Assembly: GCA_965248695.1 (NCBI GenBank)
Contig: CBDFKD010000002.1
Coordinates: 1,120,001-1,184,000, forward strand
DNA length: 64,000 nt
Direction of reading: 5' to 3'
DNA from: Acidobacteriota bacterium
Lineage (GTDB): Bacteria; Acidobacteriota; UBA890; WLXD01
The translations under genes and the position numbers were made by a program. Each line of letters begins with the position of its first letter. Positions within the stretch are counted from its first letter, which is position 1. Shown here one piece after another: positions 1 through 7,991 of the stretch. A model generated the notes under the pieces. The model worked only from the letters and a program-made list of their open reading frames with translations, was not told the origin of the DNA and made no database searches.

Positions 1-177
1 ATACTCCCGGGCGTGACCATGGGCCGCGGGAGCGTGGCCGCCGCGGGAGCCGTGGTGACCGTCTCGGTACCACCTATGGCGGTATGCGGTGGAGTGCCGG
101 CGAGCGTCATTCGAATGCGCGGGCAGGCGACGAGCGCCCACTCCGACCACGCCTCGGCAACCCGCGACGGCGAGTGA
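1..177 (+). CDS. 3' end of hexapeptide-repeat (left-handed beta-helix) acyltransferase, truncated by window edge
   Basis: Frame 1 reads ILPGVTMGRGSVAAAGAVVTVSVPPMAVCGGVPASVIR...TGA(175-177), a typical LbH acyltransferase C-terminus; not in the ORF track. Confidence 0.8.
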   Translation: MLPGVTMGRGSVAAAGAVVTVSVPPMAVCGGVPASVIRMRGQATSAHSDHASATRDGE

Positions 178-1127
178 GCCAGCGACGATCGGGTCTCTTC
201 CGGTTCGCGGCGTCGGTGGTGATCGCCGTCGTGCTCGTCTGGTGGCTGCTTGGCGATCTCGGTGTCGGGCCGGTAGTCGAGGCGATTCGCGGCGCTTGGC
301 TACCCGGGCTTGCCCTTGGCGTGGCGGTCTTCTGGGCGATGATCGCATTCCGGGTGCTGCGGTATCGCGCCCTGCTGCGGGAGAGCGTACCGCTCGGTGC
401 CCTGACGCTGATCACCGTCGTGCGTGGCATGGTCGCCGACCTGCTCCCGGCGCGCATCGGCACCCTCGCCTATGTGTGGTTGGTCACCACGCGCGCGGGC
501 GTGCCGCTGCCCGATGCCCTGAGCTCGTTCTTCCTGGCGCTGGTGCTCGACATGGTAGTGATCGCGCCGATGCTGCTGCTGGCCCTGGCGGCGGTCGGGT
601 TCGGCATGGAAGCGTCGGGCGTTTTGGCGGCGCTGGCCGCGGTGTTGCTGGCCGTCTCGGTGGCAGCGCTCGTCCTCCTCGCCCCTTGCTTGCGGATCGC
701 CGGGCGCCTTCTCGGTGTGCACACGTTCGTCGATACCGCCGACCAGGTGGACGAGGTCCGGGCGCGCGGCGACCTGTTGCCGGCTGTCCTCCTGTCGTGC
801 GGCGTGCGCGTCACCAAGTTCGGTGCCCACTATCTGATTCTGCAGTCGGTCCTGGTACCGCTGGGAATCTCGTGGGGCTCGCTCGGCTTTGTCGAATCGT
901 TTCTAGGGGTCGCCGGCGCCGAGCTCTCGGCGATGCTGCCGGTGAGCGGCCTCGGTGCGTTCGGAACCTGGGAGGCGGCGTTCGCCCTCGGCTTCACGCA
1001 GCTGGGCCTGACCCAAGATCAGGCGGTGCTAGCCGGGTTCGCCACCCACATACTCACGCAGCTGCACGACTATGGGCTGGGGCTGATGGCGCTGCTCATG
1101 CTGATGCGACCCGGGCGAGGAACGTAG
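174..1127 (+). CDS. Lysylphosphatidylglycerol synthase TM / UPF0104 flippase-like membrane protein
   Basis: Multi-TM protein with LLPARIG and LPVSGLGAFGTWE motifs; GTG at 174 overlaps the upstream TGA (GTGA coupling). Confidence 0.75.
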   Translation: MSQRRSGLFRFAASVVIAVVLVWWLLGDLGVGPVVEAIRGAWLPGLALGVAVFWAMIAFRVLRYRALLRESVPLGALTLITVVRGMVADLLPARIGTLAYVWLVTTRAGVPLPDALSSFFLALVLDMVVIAPMLLLALAAVGFGMEASGVLAALAAVLLAVSVAALVLLAPCLRIAGRLLGVHTFVDTADQVDEVRARGDLLPAVLLSCGVRVTKFGAHYLILQSVLVPLGISWGSLGFVESFLGVAGAELSAMLPVSGLGAFGTWEAAFALGFTQLGLTQDQAVLAGFATHILTQLHDYGLGLMALLMLMRPGRGT

Positions 1128-1776
1128 CTGCGTCGGGTAGGTGCTCTACCGCCCACCATGGCTCGAACCGCTGCAGCTCTTCGGCGCCGAAGGGACCGGT
1201 TCCGACCGCGATCGTAAGGGCGTTGATCGCCTTGCCACAATCGATGTCGTGGCGCGTGTCACCGATCACGTAGAGCGCTTCGATGGCGTCTCCGTGTTGT
1301 GCCTCAGCCTGGCGCCGCGCCTCGCGAGCGATGTCGCGCCGGGCGATCCCGTGGTCCGCGAAGGCGCCCCAGGCGAAGTAATCCAGGATCGCATGATGCC
1401 CCAGCTTCAGCCTCGCACCGGCCTCGAGATTTCCTGTCAGGAGAGCGTTCTCGAAGTCGTCGCGCGCCGCGACCGCCTGCAGTATCTCGACCACGTTCGG
1501 GTGGATGAAGCCGTTGGTGCGACGCTCCAACCATTCGGGCAACAGCTCGACGTAGCGACCGAGCAACGACGCCGCCAGCTCGGCGGAATACTCTCGACAC
1601 AGCACATCCAGGATCGCGTCCTTAGCGATCCTCCCGTCCGTCATTCCGGCCGGGCTCATGCTGTTGACGTCGACCGGGCGCCCGTATTCCTCGGCGAGCG
1701 CCTGCACCCATGCGTGCATGCCGGCGCGATCGGTGTTCAGCAGCGTCCCGTCGATGTCCCACAGCAGGACCTTCAT
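1096..1776 (-). CDS. HAD-superfamily hydrolase
   Basis: MKVLLWDIDGTLL (motif I), LLTGN, VIGDTRHDI; ATG overlaps the stop of the upstream peptidase. Confidence 0.9.
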   Translation of the reverse strand: MKVLLWDIDGTLLNTDRAGMHAWVQALAEEYGRPVDVNSMSPAGMTDGRIAKDAILDVLCREYSAELAASLLGRYVELLPEWLERRTNGFIHPNVVEILQAVAARDDFENALLTGNLEAGARLKLGHHAILDYFAWGAFADHGIARRDIAREARRQAEAQHGDAIEALYVIGDTRHDIDCGKAINALTIAVGTGPFGAEELQRFEPWWAVEHLPDAATFLARVASA

Positions 1777-3884
1777 CCGTCTTCGGACGCGACCTCGGTG
1801 GTTTCGGGGGCTTCCTTCGCCGGACGGTCCGCCGGGCTCCATTCGTTGCCGAGGACGTGATCCTGCATCCAGCGAATCTCCTCCACGTCGCGGCGTCGCT
1901 GGTGGCGCGGCTCGCGGAACCCGTGCGGCTCGCGCGGGAAACGCATGTAGCGGACCGGTGCCTTGCCGATGTCCTTGAGCGCGGTGAAGAACATCATGCT
2001 TTGTTGCTCGGTGTCGGTCAGGTCGTTCATCCCGTGAATGAGCAGGGTCGGCGTCGTGACGTTGGTGGCATGAGTGAGCGCTGACTGGTCGCGCCACCCC
2101 TCTGGGTTGTCCCACGGCGTGCCGCCGATGTGCCACAGGCGGACGTCGTTGTTGAACCCGGGTCCGTACTCGGACGTCCAGTCGTAGACCCCGGCGCCAA
2201 TGCTGGCGGCCTTGAAGCGCTCGGTGTGGGTGATCGTCCAGCCGCCGAGGATGCCGCCGTAGCTCCAGCCACGCACTCCCATGCGCTCCGGGTCGGCGAT
2301 GCCCTGCTCGATGAGCGCGTCCACACCGGTCATCAGATCCTGGAAGTCGCCCATGCCGATGCCGTCACCGCGGGTGAAGGTATTGCCCTCGCGCAGGTAG
2401 TCGTCGTAACAGCACGACCCGCGCACGTTAGGGGAAAGGGCGATCCACCCCAGTCCGCCGTAGACGTGGTACATGGCGCGGAAGCTGTTCGAGAACACAC
2501 CTGCCGGACCACCGTGGATGTTGAGCATCAACGGTAGGGCCGTTCCCTCGGTGTAGCCGGGCGGCAGGTGCAGCAGCCCTTCGATCTCCATGCCGTCGTG
2601 GCTCTCCCATTGAAAGAGCCGCATATCGGCCAGCAGCAGATCCTCTAGCTGGGGGTTGGCGTCGGTCAGCCGCAGAGGCTCGAAGTTCTCCACCGTGCCG
2701 ACGAACAGATCGGTCGGCGAGTCGAAATCGGTGTAGCCGTACACGAAGCGGGTGCGATCGGCGGAAAACGACAGGCTGCCGACGACCCCGTCGAGGTTCG
2801 TGATCTGCTCCACGTCGCCAGATTCGACCTCGAGTCGGTAGACGTTCCAGCGCGTTCCCTCGGTGCCGGCGAAGAGCACATAGCGACCGTCCGGGGTCCA
2901 CGATGGGCTGCGGATCTCGCCGTCGAAGGAACCCGAGATCTTGCGGTGCTCGGCGAGCTCGGCGTCCATCATCCAGAGCTTGGTGTTGCGGTTCATCCAG
3001 CCACTGTCGTCAGCAGCGCGGTAGAGGAACTGTGAGCTGTTCGGGGCCCACAGCACGCCGCCCTCGGGAGCGTGGTTGTCGGTCAGGCGCGTCTTCTCGC
3101 CGCTCGTCAGGTCGAGCACGAACAGCTCGGTCTTGTCGGCGTCGTTGCGTCGATTCGAATAGCGGGCCGCCATTGCCGCCAACTTGCCGTCGGGCGACGG
3201 ATCGAAGCTGCTGATCAGGAACTTCTCCTCGGTCAGCTGCTCCTCTTCCTTCGATTCGAGGTCGAACGCCCAGAGGTTGGACCATTGACCCTGGTTCTGG
3301 CCGTTGGGGCCCTCGTCGACGAAGATCGGATCGTCGCCCTTGCCCATCTCCTTGATTTCGTCCTCGGCGCGCGCGTCGTCGGCGACGAAGAAGATGCGGC
3401 TGGAATCAGGTGACCAGACGTAGCTACCGACCGACGTCGCGTGCTTGGTCAGCGCGACAGCTTCGCCGCCGCGCGTGCGCATCAGGAACAGTTGTTGTTT
3501 CGGGCCGGCACCGGGCGCGGGTGGCGACTGCTCGCCGTCATCGCCAACGCTGCGCTTGAACGTCAGGTACTGGCCATCGGGCGAGAACTTGAAGTCGCTG
3601 CCTCCGGCCTCGCCGAGGTACTGGAACGGGTCGCCGCCCATCGCCGACACCATGTACGCCTTGGTCTCGTACTTGTTGTCGTCCCAGGTAAGCGTGCGCT
3701 GCGTGTACAGCACCCACTCACCGTCGGGTGACATGATCCCGTTGCCCACGTTGACCACGTCGAGCGCATCGTCGACGGTCATCGGGCGGGGTTGCTGAGA
3801 GGCGGATTCAGTATCCTGTGCGCCAGCCACGGTGGATGCGAGCAGGGCTACGAGAACGGCGGAGAGAGTCTTGCGCATGGTCAT
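1773..3884 (-). CDS. S9 family peptidase (dipeptidyl aminopeptidase/acylaminoacyl peptidase-like)
   Basis: Signal peptide, SPDG beta-propeller repeats, IHGGP, nucleophile GWSYGG, C-terminal EPHG. Confidence 0.92.
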   Translation of the reverse strand: MTMRKTLSAVLVALLASTVAGAQDTESASQQPRPMTVDDALDVVNVGNGIMSPDGEWVLYTQRTLTWDDNKYETKAYMVSAMGGDPFQYLGEAGGSDFKFSPDGQYLTFKRSVGDDGEQSPPAPGAGPKQQLFLMRTRGGEAVALTKHATSVGSYVWSPDSSRIFFVADDARAEDEIKEMGKGDDPIFVDEGPNGQNQGQWSNLWAFDLESKEEEQLTEEKFLISSFDPSPDGKLAAMAARYSNRRNDADKTELFVLDLTSGEKTRLTDNHAPEGGVLWAPNSSQFLYRAADDSGWMNRNTKLWMMDAELAEHRKISGSFDGEIRSPSWTPDGRYVLFAGTEGTRWNVYRLEVESGDVEQITNLDGVVGSLSFSADRTRFVYGYTDFDSPTDLFVGTVENFEPLRLTDANPQLEDLLLADMRLFQWESHDGMEIEGLLHLPPGYTEGTALPLMLNIHGGPAGVFSNSFRAMYHVYGGLGWIALSPNVRGSCCYDDYLREGNTFTRGDGIGMGDFQDLMTGVDALIEQGIADPERMGVRGWSYGGILGGWTITHTERFKAASIGAGVYDWTSEYGPGFNNDVRLWHIGGTPWDNPEGWRDQSALTHATNVTTPTLLIHGMNDLTDTEQQSMMFFTALKDIGKAPVRYMRFPREPHGFREPRHQRRRDVEEIRWMQDHVLGNEWSPADRPAKEAPETTEVASEDG

Positions 3885-4077
3885 GGCTTCAGGTTGAAGT
3901 TGAGGGACTCGAACGCGAGCGTTGGCGGCCCAAAGTTATCATCGCGGCGGCACCGGGTTCCGGGTCGGAGGCCAGCGAAGCGCAAAGGGCTGGGGCCGGA
4001 AGGCGTCGCGGGCGTCTGACGCGCCCACCGTGGCGCGTTGTCTACACGAATCGAAGGATGTGAATCGAGGCATATGG

Positions 4078-5805
4078 ATGCGAACCGAGCGTAGGGTTTG
4101 TGGAGGCGTGCTGGCGGCCATCTTGGTGCTCGGAGCCGGCGGACCCGCGTGGTCGGCTCAGTCGACAGGCGCCACTCTCGTGATGCGGGGCGGGCGGGTT
4201 GCTACGGTCGACGCTGATTTCAGCATCGTCGAGGCGATCGCCGTAAGCGGACACGAGGTCATTGCCGTAGGTAGCAATGCCGACATCGCCCCTTTCGTCG
4301 GCCCGGACACCGAGGTGATCGAGCTCGACGGGCGACTGGCGATTCCGGGATTCATCGAGAGCCACGGGCACTACCTGAGCCTGGGTCGCTCCAAGATGAT
4401 CCTCGATCTGAACACAGTGACCTCCTGGCAGCAGATCATCGACATGGTCGAAGCGGCCGCTCGACTAGCTGAACCCGGCGAGTGGATCTTCGGACGCGGC
4501 TGGCATCAGGAGAAGTGGAGCTCGACGCCGACGCCGAACGTCGACGGCGTGCCGCTGCACGACGGTTTGTCGGAGGTCACGCCGGATAATCCCGTTGTTC
4601 TAGGGCATGCCAGCGGCCACGCGGCGTTCGCCAATGAGCTGGCGATGGCGCTGGCGGGCATCGACGCCGACACTGCCGATCCTGATGGTGGCACCATCGT
4701 GCGGGATGCCCGCGGACGCGCCACGGGCTTGATGCGGGAACGAGCTCAAGGCCTGGTCAACAGGGCCTCGAGGGCCTCCGATGGCGACCGAACGGACGCA
4801 GATCGCGACGAGGAGTTCCGTCGCCAGGTCGCGCTCGCCGGTGCCGACGCCCTCAGCAAGGGGGTGACGAGCTTTCAGGATGCCGGCGCCGGGTTTGGCA
4901 CCATCGACCGGCTCAGGGCGATGGCGGCCGCAGGCGAGCTGCCGATCCGCTTGTACGTGATGGTTCGCGGTCACTCGAATGAGGAGATGGACCGAATGTT
5001 GCCGCGGTACCGGATTATTCCGCAGGGCAACGACTTCCTCGCTGTGCGCTCTATCAAGCGCCAGATCGACGGCGCTCTCGGCTCCCACGGTGCGTGGTTG
5101 CTCGAGGACTACGTCGACATCGACAACGCGGGTCTGGTGCTCGAGCCTGTGGAAGACATCGAGGGCACGGCGGCGGTGGCCGCAAAGCACGGTTTCCAGG
5201 TCAACACCCATGCCATAGGCGATCGGGCCAATCGCGAGGTGCTCGATCTCTACGAACGCATGTTTGACGCTTCCGGCTTGAACGGTCCCGACCTGCGCTG
5301 GCGCATCGAGCATGCGCAGCACATCCACCCCGACGACATCCCGCGCTTCGGCAGCCTTGGCGTGATCGCTGCAATGCAGGGCGTCCATGCCACCTCCGAC
5401 GGACCATGGATTCCACTGCGGCTGGGTGACGAACGTGCCCGGTCCCGCACCTACGTGTGGCGCGACCTGATCGACTCCGGCGCCCTGATTGCGAACGGCA
5501 CCGACGTGCCGGTCGAGAACATCGATCCGATACCCAGTTACTACGCTTCGGTCGCCCGCATCCTGGCCGACGGTTCGACCTTCTACCCGGAGCAGAACAT
5601 GACGCGCGAGGAGGCATTGCGCTCTTACACCATCAACAGCGCCTACGCCGCCTTCGAGGAACACCTCAAGGGATCGCTGGAACCCGGCAAGCTGGCCGAC
5701 ATCGTGGTTCTCTCGCAGGATATTCTGGAGATTCCCGCGGCAGAGATTCCGGCCACTCGGGTCGATCTGACAATCGTGGGCGGCGAGGTACGCTATCGGC
5801 GCTAG
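4078..5805 (+). CDS. Secreted amidohydrolase (amidohydrolase_3 / YtcJ-like)
   Basis: PGFIESHGH, HAIGDRAN, RIEHAQ, GTDVPV, GSLEPGKLADIVVL; start estimated at ATG 4078. Confidence 0.9.
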   Translation: MRTERRVCGGVLAAILVLGAGGPAWSAQSTGATLVMRGGRVATVDADFSIVEAIAVSGHEVIAVGSNADIAPFVGPDTEVIELDGRLAIPGFIESHGHYLSLGRSKMILDLNTVTSWQQIIDMVEAAARLAEPGEWIFGRGWHQEKWSSTPTPNVDGVPLHDGLSEVTPDNPVVLGHASGHAAFANELAMALAGIDADTADPDGGTIVRDARGRATGLMRERAQGLVNRASRASDGDRTDADRDEEFRRQVALAGADALSKGVTSFQDAGAGFGTIDRLRAMAAAGELPIRLYVMVRGHSNEEMDRMLPRYRIIPQGNDFLAVRSIKRQIDGALGSHGAWLLEDYVDIDNAGLVLEPVEDIEGTAAVAAKHGFQVNTHAIGDRANREVLDLYERMFDASGLNGPDLRWRIEHAQHIHPDDIPRFGSLGVIAAMQGVHATSDGPWIPLRLGDERARSRTYVWRDLIDSGALIANGTDVPVENIDPIPSYYASVARILADGSTFYPEQNMTREEALRSYTINSAYAAFEEHLKGSLEPGKLADIVVLSQDILEIPAAEIPATRVDLTIVGGEVRYRR

Positions 5806-6263
5806 GTCTCTCGCAGTCGACCGATATCACGAACGTTCGGCGAAGCCCCGGGCGTGTCCAGCGCTTGCAGGATCGGACACTCGGCGTCGGGCGCGGTTTC
5901 TCGCCTGCAGGCGTCGGTGAGCTTCGACAGCGCCGCCTTCATGTGCTGCAGCGTTGCGATCTTGTTCTCCAGCTGCTCGATCTTGCTCTCGGCTCGATGC
6001 CGTACGTCCTCGCGCGTCACCCCGGGGGCGATTCGCAAGGAGAGGAGATCCTGGATCTCAGCAAGCGAGAACCCGAGCCCCTTGGCTCGTCGGATGAAGC
6101 GGATTCGGGACGCGGTCTCCGGCGGGTATCGCCGGTAGCGGGTAGCCGGCTTCGGCGGCTCCGACACGAGCTCCTTGCGCTGATAGAACCGGATGGTCTC
6201 GACGCCGACACCGGCCCGCGCTGCCAGCCTCCCGATCGTCAGACTCTTCTCTGATCCGCTCAC
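5802..6263 (-). CDS. MerR-family heavy-metal-responsive transcriptional regulator
   Basis: LTIGRLAARAGVGVETIRFYQRK HTH, FIRRAKGLGFSLAEI, C-terminal ACRRETAPDAECPIL Cys pair; GTG start after GAGGAG. Confidence 0.92.
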   Translation of the reverse strand: MSGSEKSLTIGRLAARAGVGVETIRFYQRKELVSEPPKPATRYRRYPPETASRIRFIRRAKGLGFSLAEIQDLLSLRIAPGVTREDVRHRAESKIEQLENKIATLQHMKAALSKLTDACRRETAPDAECPILQALDTPGASPNVRDIGRLRET

Positions 6264-6379
6264 TTGTCGACTCTCCTCGAGCTGCCTGTAGATCCGAGCC
6301 GCAGAGGGCACTTCACCTGATCCACGCTTCGCCCGGCGGCAATGTGTTGACTGCCCTGCAGCTCGGCGCGGCTCTGTGG

Positions 6380-6411
6380 TTGACTCTGTACCTTAGTACG
6401 GACCTTAGTCT
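6380..6411 (+). promoter_or_regulatory. MerR-type promoter/operator: -35 TTGACT, 20-bp spacer containing the dyad CTGTAC-CTTA-GTACGG, -10 TAGTCT
   Basis: Very close to the classical merT promoter (TTGACT CCGTAC ATGA GTACGG); lies between the divergent MerR gene and the gene at 6418. Confidence 0.88.
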
Positions 6412-6417
6412 GAGCTC

Positions 6418-7350
6418 ATGAGGACTCGTCTTCGGATTGCGTGCCTGCTCGCGCTCGTCGCGCCCGGCCTCTGGCCGAGCGCTGCGGCGGCGCAGATCTT
6501 CGCCAAGGGAGCGCGCACCGAGTTCATCTCCGGCTTCGGCATCCGCGCGTTTACCAGCTTCCACCGCCTGGGAACGCTGCTAGACGACGGCGAGGAGGTC
6601 GCAAATCCCGCAGGCCGGCGGGTGCTCGTCCGCACCACACCGATCGTCATCGTCCACGGGCTTCGGCAAGGGCTGTCGGCGATCGGTGTGTTTCCTCTGG
6701 TGGACAAGTCAGTCGATCTCGACGCTCCCGATCGCCCGGGAACCAGCTCTGGAGTCGGCCTGGGTGACGCCACGTTCCTGTTGAAGTGGCGGTTGCTGAA
6801 GAAAGATCGCGGGCGCGGGACCTTCCAGCTCGCGGCGGAGCTCGGGATCAAGGTGCCCACCGGCAGCACCTCCCTTCGTGATCGAGACGGCGGCTTGCTA
6901 CCGCGCGGCTTGCAGCGTGGCACCGGATCCTGGGATCCGACTGGCGATCTCGTAATGACGTTCGTACCACGTAGCGGCCGCTGGATCTTCGGTGCCGATC
7001 TGGGTTTCACTGCCACTACCGACGCCGACGGATTCAATCTCGGCGATCGGTTGGCGTACGACGGTGTGGTCAAGTACCGCCTCCGGCCGAACCGCTATCC
7101 CGGCCGCGATCTGTTCCTCATGGTCGAGCTCAACGGGCGGCAGCAGGGCGGGGCACGCGCCGGTGGCGTCAAGCTCGACGACACGGGCGGCCATGTTCTG
7201 TACGTGTCGCCCGGGCTGCAGTACCTGTTGCGGCGAAACTTGATCTTGGAGGGCGGCGTTCAGCTGCCGGTGCTGCGCGACGTCCGCGGCACCCAGCTGG
7301 TCTCCGACTACAACGTGCTCTTGGGAATCCGCTACATCATCCTGCCTTGA
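6418..7350 (+). CDS. Outer-membrane beta-barrel 'transporter' (MetA-pathway/phenol-degradation-like family)
   Basis: Signal peptide, GLGDATFLLKWR, IKVPTG, LQRGTGSWD, TGGHVLYVSPGLQY, alternating beta strands. Confidence 0.75.
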   Translation: MRTRLRIACLLALVAPGLWPSAAAAQIFAKGARTEFISGFGIRAFTSFHRLGTLLDDGEEVANPAGRRVLVRTTPIVIVHGLRQGLSAIGVFPLVDKSVDLDAPDRPGTSSGVGLGDATFLLKWRLLKKDRGRGTFQLAAELGIKVPTGSTSLRDRDGGLLPRGLQRGTGSWDPTGDLVMTFVPRSGRWIFGADLGFTATTDADGFNLGDRLAYDGVVKYRLRPNRYPGRDLFLMVELNGRQQGGARAGGVKLDDTGGHVLYVSPGLQYLLRRNLILEGGVQLPVLRDVRGTQLVSDYNVLLGIRYIILP

Positions 7351-7399
7351 ATCAGATCCTGCCTTGAGCCACCGAAGCGACGAATCAAGAGGAGGTCCC

Positions 7400-7963
7400 A
7401 TGCGACGCGACCCGATCGGAACGAGCCCGATGACCCGCCGGCAGATGGTCCAAGTGCTGGTGCCGGTCTTCGTCACCCCGACGCTGGTCATGGGTGCCAG
7501 GACGGCAAGCATGGTCGAGGCGGAGGTCGGTGTATCGGGCATGTACTGAGGGCTTTGAGCCTACGGGGTCACCCGATCCCTACAGCGCCTGGATGGCGTT
7601 GCCGAAGCCAAGGAAAACCTGGAGCGCGAGCTGGTTGCGGTCACGTTCGAGAGCGGAGCACGAGTGGACCCTGTGGAGCTCGAGGAGGCGGTGCGGCGTG
7701 TCGACTTCACACCGACCCACGTGAGGCTCTGGATCGAGGGAACGCTGCTCGTTGAAAGCTCGCCCGATTCGACCGCGCCCACAGTGTGGCTCGTTGCTGA
7801 AGCCAGCGGCCAGCGGTTCGAGCTGCGGGAGAAGGCCGACGCTGACGCCGTGCTGGCCGCCCTGCGCGACCGGACGGGAGCTCGGTCCCGGGTCTGGGGC
7901 CTGGCGGTGCGATCGGAAGGCAAGCCGGAGGTGATTCTTCACGTCGAGGGGTACGACGATTAG
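7400..7963 (+). CDS. HMA-domain protein with Tat-like leader and two in-frame TGA codons (GMY-U-GL-U-A); candidate double-selenocysteine protein, 187 aa
   Basis: RBS AAGAGGAGG, ATG 7400, TRRQMV leader; TGA at 7547-7549 and 7556-7558 sit at the two Cys positions of GMxCxxC; frame continues AYGVTRSLQRLDGVAEAKENLERELVAVTF...VDPVELEEAVRRVDF into ORF 7664..7963. Confidence 0.82.
7559..7601 (+). promoter_or_regulatory. Candidate bacterial SECIS hairpin(s) downstream of the UGA codons
   Basis: CAGCGCC-UGGAU-GGCGUUG 7-bp stem (7583-7601), loop 31 nt after the second UGA; CGGG-GUCA-CCCG or GGGGUC-ACCC-GAUCCC (7564-7580) closer to the first UGA; paired by eye only. Confidence 0.5.
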
Positions 7964-7991
7964 CCAGGCGGCGGGCTGGGTTGTCACGGCC

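Noticed and set aside
7547-7558. Genome-wide TGA reassignment (Trp/Gly) as the cause of the in-frame TGAs
   Set aside because: TGA clearly ends many genes here (e.g. 7350, 12523, 13926, 54525), often in ATGA/GTGA overlaps, and Trp is encoded by TGG.
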